Positions 54,025 to 64,000 of a stretch of 64,000 nucleotides of DNA are shown one piece after another. Source of the stretch: Kudoa neothunni. Lineage: Eukaryota; Animalia; Cnidaria. The notes below the pieces were generated by a model. It searched no databases, was not told the DNA's origin, and worked only from the letters and a program-made list of their open reading frames with translations. The DNA is taken from NCBI GenBank assembly GCA_964304625.1, contig OZ199838.1:12963843-13027842 (forward strand), written 5' to 3'. Made by a program: the position numbers and the translations under genes. Position 1 is the stretch's first letter; each line of letters starts with the position of its first letter.

Positions 54025-55943
54025 TTGAGATTAATGTGGTTTAAACAAGATTATCTTTTCTCTTCGAAAAACAATCAAGGTAAAAACTCCTAAGATATCG
54101 ACGTAGAACATTTTAGGTAGTTACTCATAAATTAAATGTGAACCCTTTGATACATATCAACTTATCCAACTCGATATCCTAAATTAACATTTTTGTAGAT
54201 AGGTGCAAATATTAGTGCCGAAATAAATTCGATATACGAATTTTTAGCGTTACCGTCATAATTCATCTCATTGATATTGCGAAGTATCAGAACTTGCCTA
54301 ATCAGGATAACATCATTTAATCTACAATTTGTTTTTCATTCTCACAAGTCAGAATATTGTTTTAAAGAAGACAAATTAGTTGAATTCAATATTTTCTGTG
54401 CAAAAGAAATAACTATTTAGCGTTAATGACAATATAGCAAGAATTTTTGCTCATATTTTAAATTATCAAGCAGATATAAACTTTTTATGCTTAATTTAAA
54501 GCTATCCTAAGCAAATATAATTACACTCAAATAGGATTAAGATTTTGATAAACTGTGTCACTTGAAAATTTGAACTTTGTAGTCCAAAACTCATTCCTTT
54601 ATTTCCATTAGTAATTTTAAGTGGTATGACAATAGACAGTCATTACATTTCGTGAGTCACTTTTCTTTTCTTCTCATTATCAACTACTATAGATATATAT
54701 AAACAAATATGTCTGAGTGTGATTATCTACAATTAATCATTTTTAATGATAAATATTCCTTATAAAACATTAAGTAAAACAATTTTGAAAGCAAATAACA
54801 TAAAGTTCGTACTTTGATATTTTATTCACGCCTAAATTGTTATTACGCTCAATCTCATAAAAATTGGTGGATGTTACATTATGTATTTCCGCTTATCAAT
54901 AAAACAAAGAATAGTTTAATTGATTAGTAAACTCTGTTCAATAATTTTGTTCCAGGGATTCATTGGATCGCCACCACATATTAATTTAGTAAAAATAAAT
55001 AAATTTTCATCCACCATATAAATGTTGAATTTGTAAATAAGTTTGATTAAATTAACAGGAATAGCCGTTAATATTATATTTTTCCATAAATTTCGAATTC
55101 CGTTAACGTATGGCGTAGAATAAAGTTATTTGACATTTATATTCTTTTTTTATCAATAAAGAGAAATTTAAAACTGTTTTTGACTCTATCTAAACTCAAT
55201 ATAAGATTGTAATTAAAATATTACGGCATTGACAGACCTTGTTAATATTATTTAGCGATAAATCCTCAAAAAGACGACTATTATTTCACGTTACATTAAA
55301 TATAACTAATTGCATGAAACCACAATAAAAACTCTAACTCTACCCAAAAGGAATTAATACCGCTGTTGAAAAATAAAATAGGAATATGAAAAATTATAAT
55401 TCTAGTTATTATTAGTTTCTCTCTTACTGTTTTAGTAAAATTAAATCATGTAATAAAATACTAATCAACTTTCTCATAAATTTCACAAATATCCATTTAA
55501 TCAATGCTTAGAAAATAATAAAGTTGTTTTCCCGCTTATAAAATCATTTTGGTGCCTTTCACATTAGAATCTAAAGTTTTAATTAATCAAAAGGAATAAA
55601 AATAAGTATCAGCTCCCATTCAAGTTCTAATTATATATTAGAGGAATGTTCCCAACCTTTTTCACCCTCGACCTATATTATTATCAGAATATATCTGACG
55701 ACTTGCGTAAATATCGATTATTTTTGTCGAAAAGGACGACAATTTTTTATTCGTTATATCAATATAATATTTATAAATAGTTCTTTTATATATAAAATTT
55801 TAAATAATAATTTTAGTATAACAAATAATTCGATTTACCACTTAATAGTAAAATATCAAACAGGATCCAAAAATTGCCGAAGAACACCGAACCCTGTAGT
55901 TGCCGTTGCTTCCCTCTAAAATTTCCATTAAACCTGCCGGATC

Positions 55944-56566
55944 ATGAGTAACTATGGTAACATTCCACCAAAGAATTTACAACAATCCAACAATCAAATT
56001 ACCAGCAAAACTGTGCAACATATGAAAGATCTCTTGAGAATGTTCAACATAAATTCATATGACCCAAATGTCCCTCATATTCTGTTACAATTTGCTTACA
56101 GTATAACACAATTTAATTAAATTTTATTAAAATATGATTTTTAGATAGTATTTCTAAGAATATTGAAGATAGTGTAAATTTAATGCAAGCTACTTTGCCC
56201 TCTTCAAATAAAGGTCCTATAACCGATATTCCTGTTAAATTACTTCAGTATACCGCTAAGCAAAACTATAGACAGAAACAAAATTTGAAATCTCTCAATA
56301 ATTCGTATCTAATAGCATTTTACTATGTATTCTATCTAGTGACTATTGTTTTATTGTGTAGAATGGCTATGAGAAAAAATAGACAACCATTACCAGTACC
56401 GAATGAGCACAATCCAATGTGCTATCCACCCGAAGATGATTGCATGATAAATAGTTCAATTGTATTTGCTCCTGTAGACACGGAAATCACCAACTCAGCC
56501 GATAGCAGTCAATCGTCAGCTGGTTCCATGCCAGCGCTCAAATTGATTCCTTCTGACAAAAGCTAG
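55944..56566 (+). CDS. TAF9: TFIID subunit TAF9 (histone fold), 2-3 exons
   Basis: HMKDLLRMFNINSYDPNVPHILLQFAY..IED and MAMRKNRQPLP match the TAF9 histone fold and the conserved N..PLP motif. Confidence 0.8.
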
Positions 56567-56814
56567 ATTTAAATTGGATTGTACTTGTATTTATAAAAAT
56601 TCTATCTATCTGTATATATATATATAACAATTGTTTCTATTTGGGTTTTTGCGCGAATAAACCTCCTATATTCCCATATGCGGGCTTATTAATATATTTG
56701 ACGTAATAAATGCACTTTGAAAGGTACTTCATTGGTTTTAGATATAGCGGATAGGTCTAAATTTGCTTTTTAATTATGAAATCGTAATGTATGTCATAAC
56801 CAGATAATTTAAAG

Positions 56815-57945
56815 CAGCGGTTCTAAACCTCGGGTCCACGTGTGGTTCCAATAAAATCTGAATCAGATTTATCATTATACACAAATTATAATTAGGTATT
56901 TTTTTAAATTAGCGTAATTATTAAAAATTTCAAGTAAACCTTTCGCTATTGTTTCTTATAAGTATTTTATATTTATTACAAACATTTTTGTGTTGCGATT
57001 TATTTTGTAATAAAAAATGTATAAACACAAAAATTATTCAATAGATTATTTGATAAAACCTAAAAATTTCCAAAAAACATTTCTTACCATTGCAGCCTAT
57101 GCAATTAGAATGATTACTCCGTTTGTAACAGCCTATTATTGCAAAACTATATGTACATGCTAGTTAACATAAAAGCAAGGTCACAAAATTGCTTATATGC
57201 GTGTCGCTCCTTTAAATTCGTTGTCAGAATTCTGTGAACTCATTTATAAAAAGCGACTACAAAAATCTCATTAAATATTCGTTTAATGTTTATTATTTAT
57301 ATAAAAATAAGTTTATTGCATTGTCTCACATTCTATTATATAATAGTTCATCCTTTGTTAACTCGTTAGTTTAATTCACACAATAACTAACAAAAATGGA
57401 CATTTTTATAGAAAAGATATTTCGAACATTATACAAATATTTTTCACTTAGAAAGTCTTTATCGATTTTAGTTTTAAACATTTAACTATGTAGATATTAT
57501 AAGTCACCAAATTTCATTAAATATTTTATTTAAAAATATTATGCGTCATTATCTATACCCAGTTGGAATTTTAATAATTCTTAATAAAGTTACTCAGAAG
57601 GATTTCATAGTTGTAAATGTTATTTAATGCATATTTTAAAACAAAACCACTACATAATTAATTTACGTACTAAATATTTTAATAAACTCGGAGATATTAG
57701 ATAAATAATTTAAATTGAACTAATATTAAAATTATAGAAAATTTTATTTTTATTTTTTTAAATAAATAAATAAATAATTTAACAACAACTTTAAATATTA
57801 TCTGTCCACTAAAGTGCACAATGGGAACGAAAGGGTTAAAATATTTACATATATGATTGAATTATGCATTAAAACAAAATGGGGTTTCTAGTAAGTTCAT
57901 TCAACACACAGGTGATACGCAGGGAAGAAAGGTTAAAAATTACTG
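56815..57945. mobile_element. hAT-type element family B, copy 2, with nested piggyBac-like fragment (~57719-57835)
   Basis: TIRs cagcggttctaaacc / ggttaaaaattactg; TSD atttaaag / gtttaaag; an extra segment ending gaaaggg|TTAA is absent from copy 1. Confidence 0.8.
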
Positions 57946-58305
57946 GTTTAAAGCCCTGTAATAGTGGGAGTGTCCTTAGATCTCGTGAAAACCATCTGTT
58001 AGGTTGAGCTTTCGGAAATTCAATTTAATATACATGTTGAAACTTTATTTTATATGATTTTATGGATTAATTAGATTGATATTAAAGTGTTGCGCAATTT
58101 TTTTAGACAAGAATTTATTAAATTATATGTCGACGAAAGAGATATTAATTTGAGCCATAAAAATTAACTATCGTAAGTGGTTATCGTCTACCTAAATAAA
58201 TTTTGATGTTTTATGATCTCCCTAAAATAATCTTAATTTTGAGTTCGTTTGTCATAATCGTTAAACGTAAGAAGTCTAAACATAAATTTGATTTGAATCT
58301 TTTAG

Positions 58306-59021
58306 CATTCTGAGTGGCTGAAAAATTTACACCCCCAAATAAAATTAGGGTAGAAATCTACCCCACATTTTTATTCGATAAAATTGTCTCAAATAAAAGT
58401 AATCATTAATTGGCCATATCTGAGAAAAATTTACCAGGCAAAATTGGAATAAATGATCAATTATTAAAGTCATTTTCTATCTACGCAAGCGTACATATTT
58501 TTGTTGTTATGTTTTTTTGAAGTACGGCTGTATTTACAGGTTTATTTCTGCGTTTTTTAGTTTTAAAGTTAATTCTAGTTTTTTTATTTCTGCTAATTAA
58601 TTTATCTTATTTTAAACAAGGCAAAGCAACTGTGCGCAGAAAAACAGAATGATGACAAACAGTGATTATTTCATCAAACAGTTATATCTTATATTTTTTG
58701 AATGCTCTATACAACACAAAACTAATCAAACTGATGAATAGTCATCATATTTTGAATAATTGGTATAAGAATCATCATAATATGAGAAACTATCGTTGTA
58801 TTCGGGAGAGAATGACATGCCTGTATCGACATTGTGCATACGGGTAGGAATCATGTGTATAGTTTCTCGTTATTTATTCATTATTTACTCGATAAAAGTT
58901 CCGTATATTTTTAAAAATTACATGTATCAATATTTTAATTAATTTTATGAAAGAAAAATGCGGGGTAGACTTCTACCCCGTTTTTATTTGGAGGGTGTAA
59001 ATTTTTCAGCTACTTAGAAGG
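58306..59021. mobile_element. piggyBac-type MITE with ~65-bp TIRs
   Basis: ttag|cattctgagtggctgaaaaatttacaccccc..gggtagaaatctacccc mirrored by ggggtagacttctacccc..gtgtaaatttttcagctacttagaagg|ttaa. Confidence 0.8.
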
Positions 59022-59699
59022 TTAAGGAAGTTTTAATAGTTTGTCCAGTTTAACAAATTTTCTCAGTAAATTTGTATACATAAATAAATAGTTATACGTA
59101 CTGTTATATGTAGTGTATTAATTGGATATTATTAGCATCCTATAAAAAGGGTTATTACTATTTCGTGGTTTCGATTGTACATTGTGTTCTGTGGCGTGTT
59201 CGCATCATTCTATGGCTGAAGTTAACACGTACATTTTCATTAAATGCTATCCATTAAAAATAATTATCTCGTAATACAATATTTCAAGACCTAAATGCAA
59301 CCAGTGCGCGCGGATAACCGTTATGTCGAATCAAAATGCAACCTTTAATTAAACAACTTTTTACTTTAAAATTTAATCTGTATCACACTAAGATGTTATT
59401 TGACAATTATAAATGACTAATTATATTAGATCGAATAATTTTTTGAACATTGAAGTCTATCTATATTTATAACACATATAGGAATTAAATCTTTTATTCA
59501 TTTTTGTCATCGATCTAATCACAGTGTCAGATTTTTAATACTTACGCTTCTCAAATATGTATTTTTTTAATGTAAGATTTTGCTGTTTTTTTTAAATACC
59601 ACTTTTAAATTTGTAATCTTATTTAAATGAATATACAAAAATTCAATATTAAACGGCACCAGTTTGAAGTTCATGTTTTTGACACAACGTAAAATTGAT

Positions 59700-60800
59700 C
59701 TAACTGTTAATTACTTCGGAATTAATACATACCGCGAAATAGGATTCTACATGATTCGCATAATTTTGTAGCTGGTCACTAGAAACTCCATCCGAGCTGG
59801 ATATGATTGGGTTTCTCAATTCCTCCTGATTGGATGGTTCTTTGTTTCTTACAAAGGACTTAATTTTGTGGAAAAACTCCTCGACTGGATTGAGAAACGG
59901 AGAGTATGGTGGAAGAAATAATAACCTTTGGTTTGTGGCTTGAATTTGGTCCCTTACAAAATCTGTTTTATGGAATCTCACGTTGTCCATAATAAATAAG
60001 GCGGTATCAACATCGCTGCGGGTTAAATCGCCAAATAGTTCATCTATGAAAATGGAAAAACTTGTTGGTTGACAGTTCCATTTTCTACGTACGATGTCCA
60101 AACCCGTTCCGAGCTTATAACCGCTATAAGTGTAATATTTTTTGAGTAAATGCTTTTTACTTTCAGGTTCGCTCTTGACCCTGAAAGTGCTCGTCCAAAT
60201 GTTCTTCTCATTTACAGAGAGAAACTCGATTCATCTATATAGATGACAGTAGAATAACGAGGTTTAAATTCGAGATATTGTAAAACGCATCTATGCATTT
60301 TTAAAGCAATTATTCAAAATGACAATAAATCTTTTTCTTGTTTCTATACCATTCTGAGAATTTATTCCTAGGGGTAGATGGAAAGTTTTTTTTAGGGTGC
60401 GATGAAAACCCCTTAAACAATTCGCAATAGTCTGCCGAGAAATATTGATACCAAAACATTCTAGAAATTTTTCGGTAATATAATTCAATGTAATAGTACA
60501 ATCCTCGTCTACAAGTTCGCGAATGTACAATTTGTGGGTTTCAATCAATTTAGACCGTCTGTCATCCCCTTCCTTTTTTGGTACACTTAATTCCGTATCC
60601 ATCGATTTTTGCTTTAAAATGCGCCCAATAATTGATTTATGTACACCCATTTTTGGCTATGTATTCGTTTGAGTAGTAATCCTAGAAATAATTTGAAAAT
60701 ATACGAAAAAGGTTATGAACTTCAGCTAGTGAAACTACCATTTGTTTTACATCGTCGCTTAAGATAACATATTTCCTTTTTTTGGCTATTATTGCATTTA
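59700..60800 (-). pseudogene. Tc1/IS630-family DDE transposase, frameshifted
   Basis: HTH-like N-terminus (DCTITL..ISRQTI), VIYIDESSF near 60235, MDNVRFHK and FLPPYSPFLNPVEEFF, split over several frames. TIRs not identified. Confidence 0.85.
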
Positions 60801-61329
60801 GGTCTTGAAATACTGTACTAAACATTCCTTAGATTTACTACAGAGAAACCCACAGATAAAATACGCAGAAATAATTAAACTGATTAAAATACATTAAAAG
60901 GAAGTTATTCTTTTAATTTTAAAAGATTAACGTATATGGTTAAAATTTTCTTTTTATTGAAGATAACATTCATCAAGATTGATTTTTTATCAAATACTTG
61001 TTGTAAAGAGGTTAATAGTATAATTTAAAATTTATCAAAATGGAAATTATTGAAAACGAAATTACAATATTACTTGAAGTAACCAGAAAAAATCAACTTT
61101 ATATTTTTTCGTTTTTATTATTTCCTTTTGCAATAAAAATGCCAATAACTAAAATAAAGGATGAATTAAATTTAGAAGAACGAATAGATAGATTAATTCG
61201 ATAATGTTTGCCAGATTTTTCTGGAATGTATGTTTTCATGCGTTCATAAGCAAATATTTTGATTTTCAAACTTTTATTTATGTGTGGCTCCTGAAGTAGA
61301 AATATTGTTTTCCATCATCAGTATTTGAC

Positions 61330-61410
61330 TTAACCGGTCATATTGTTTGCTGACAAAATTCATTTGGGGTATAAATCTACTCCATTTTATTTAGAAAGTA
61401 AACAGGTTAA
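61330..61410. repeat. Tiny piggyBac-like remnant
   Basis: TTAA|CC ... GG|TTAA enclosing ggggtataaatctactcc, similar to the palindrome in 58306-59021. Confidence 0.4.
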
Positions 61411-61976
61411 TTTAAAGGATTCATACGTGTGTATATTTTTTAAACATGTTCTATAACAAATCCTCCCCAACTTTTGCGAAGCTTTGAAATCCGCGTAAAT
61501 AATGTAATAAATAGGAGTTGTTAGGATTCATAATACAATTGCACACGCATACGTATAAAAAATAAATTGTTGAATAACAACAAGAATTAATATTATCACC
61601 CTCCCCTAGAGTGATATTACAGCTAAAGAATTTTCCGCACTTTATTATTTTTAGCTCCTTCCTTAAATTACGAATAGCAAATACTAATGAAACTCATTAG
61701 ACTTAAATGATAAGTTTTAAGTTAATCTTACCTATATACTCTGCTTGGAAAATTGACTGACAAGACCGAATTTATTTTTTCAATAGCTATTATTCCTCAT
61801 ATTAATTTATGGTTTAAATGTAATCTTGTAAATTCTAATGCATATTGCGTGCAGGACTTGACTTTGATTTTTTTAAATTGGTTCCAATAGAGAGCTAGAA
61901 AGCAAACAAATAAAAACATAAAACAGTGCTTATGGTTTAAGCATCACTATGTTACAATATAAAAATTGAGGATTCA

Positions 61977-62731
61977 TTAATCAGATGAACTGTCATCGTC
62001 ATCGCATTCGAATTTGGTAGCACGATAAAGATGATGGTTATAGTGAACATAGTTGGGATTATTGCTTGATAAAATATTGACGTCGGTCGAAGATGATGGA
62101 AAAGATAGTGATGAAATGTTCTTATTGGAGTGTGAATTGTTATTCTATATAAACTGGAATCTATGTGTACACGTTTTAAAAATTATACCTTAAGAATAGT
62201 TGTTAGATCAGGATTATTTATAGTAGTATTGAATGATTCGTCACTAGGTACAACCGATAAAAATAGACAGGGGCACAATGCAGCAGAAATTACATAATTT
62301 GTTCAATAAATGCATTGCTGGAATCCACATCAATGTGGCTTGAGTCTTCTGGGGTATTTAAACAGGTTTCAATTAACTCTTTGCCACTCTCCGAAGTTAA
62401 CATCGGTTTGAGCTTGTCTGTAGCATAAGTATAAACATGACCCGAATCCGATGCCAATAAAACCATTGCTTGCGAGTTGGTCAACATGTGTAATTCATAC
62501 ACCTACACAATTCCAGCACGATATTTATAATTGGATAATGGTACAGCTGATATTGTACCTTTTTAATAATGTTAGTTTTCCTTTTGCTAAAAGTCACTTT
62601 ACGCCGATTTGGACATTCGATGAACTTTAGCTGGATTTTTTGTTTTCCTTTCGTTTTTTTCTTTCCCACATCTACAATAACATAATTTATTATTGCTATG
62701 GAATTAATAGGTAACAACAGCTAGAGTTCAT
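61977..62731 (-). CDS. SRF: Serum response factor-like MADS-box transcription factor
   Basis: GKKKTKGKQKIQLKFI..RRKVTFSKRKTNIIKK|VYELHMLTNSQAMVLLASDSGHVYTYATDKLKPMLTSESGKELIETCLN (MADS box plus SRF SAM subdomain). First exon and stop codon uncertain (near 62059 or 61977). Confidence 0.88.
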
Positions 62732-64000
62732 TGGAATGCAAACGGTAGCGTTCGTAACCCTTGATAAAACGACTGCAACCGATTAAAGTTCCATTACAGT
62801 TTTCCTCTTTGAAGTTTTGTTTTTGTATAGTTATTTGGCTTAGATAATACATTAACTATTTATCGGTTACTCTTACGATACTGCACTTAATGTATGTGGT
62901 TTTCTAATTATTTACGCTTTAAGTTTATTTTCTCTTCTAAATTTATTTATTTATTTTGTAAATGATCAAACAATAAGAAATTTTTTCAATTTGTTTTTAA
63001 ATTTTACGAAAGTTTATTTTTTATTGCATTCATCAAATCTTTAAATCCCGCTATATAAAACAAGTACGTATTTAATTATTGGGACTTCAAGTTCGACAAC
63101 TGATTTGCAAGTGTGTTTATTGCAAATATAACAAAATCTTTAGAAATTTATGTTAATTTAACAAAACACAATTTAATGTGTACTTCTTGCTCAAAAAGTT
63201 AAGTTAATTGGCCGATATCTGGCGTTATTGAGAGATCAAGTGCTAATGTTAATCCTTCCTGTCCACAGCGGGATATTACGTAGCCTCAAAAATAACTATT
63301 TGGTTTATAACTCATAGAAACCTTATTTATCTATTATAATATTTTTTTTTGCTTCTTAATAAATTTTAAACAAAATGAGGTTTAAATTTATGTTTTTAAG
63401 ATAAAAAATATTGCCGCACAAAATGGCGCCTTAACAAAAATTTGTGTTAACGTTCGAATATCGCTGTCTGATTTAGTTATATTGTTTATTTAATTATTTT
63501 TCATATTTTTATATTAATAGTGTAATTATACTATGATTATAAATGTTAAATTTTTACTGTGGTATGATTGTTTGGAGATTTGCGAAAGTTAATCCCACAA
63601 TATTATGTTAATCTTGCGACGGTGGCAGATTGGTTGTACAATATTTCAGGTTAGTTATTCAGTTATGTAAGATAAAAATGTAACAAATTGTGGTATAAGA
63701 AATCAGCAAGCAGCATACATACGAAGTCTCGCTTCAATGTGATACAAAATCCGATTATATTATATCGACAACCAACGAAAATTGTTTTCGAATGTGTGAT
63801 TGATCTTTGGTAGCATCATGATACGTGCTAAAATTTTTTTTTTGAAAGTCCAGACTTAGATTATGGATCATGTCTACAAAACTATTATCATGGTTTGAAG
63901 TTGAACGATTTTAAGCCGCGTGCTTGTTCTTATGTAAAAAATGATGCGGTTGACAATATTTTTTGTAACAAAGTGCATGAAAATTCAGTTTAATTTTGGA

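Noticed and set aside
1807-62731. Alternative genetic code (stop reassignment) to explain short ORFs
   Set aside because: Conserved genes translate fully with the standard code once short GT-AG introns are removed, and TAA, TAG and TGA are all used as stops.

Overview
This is very AT-rich eukaryotic (animal-type) nuclear DNA. Compact genes with many tiny GT-AG introns (about 40-75 nt) sit in islands separated by decayed DNA transposons. The highly divergent animal proteins and compact introns suggest a reduced parasite such as a myxozoan cnidarian, but that is inference only. Genes reconstructed by hand-splicing: an orphan multi-pass membrane protein, VPS16, a CRIP-like single-LIM protein, a K-Ras-like GTPase, two tandem secreted five-domain Kunitz genes, ERCC6/CSB, PPP1R11/Ypi1, nucleoporin TPR, a second multi-pass membrane protein, TAF9 and SRF. 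Mobile DNA includes several hAT MITE families (some with 8-bp TSDs), Tc1/mariner and piggyBac-like MITEs, a Helitron, a Merlin element and a Tc1/IS630-type transposase pseudogene. The most notable signals are: (i) the duplicated penta-Kunitz locus, with systematic disulfide loss, loop-focused divergence and a 122-bp gene-conversion-like tract; (ii) a nearly intronless 6-kb TPR gene broken by four single-base frameshifts; (iii) near-absent splice-donor consensus; and (iv) hAT MITEs stacked in each other's target sites. I cannot demonstrate a wholly new system from sequence alone.
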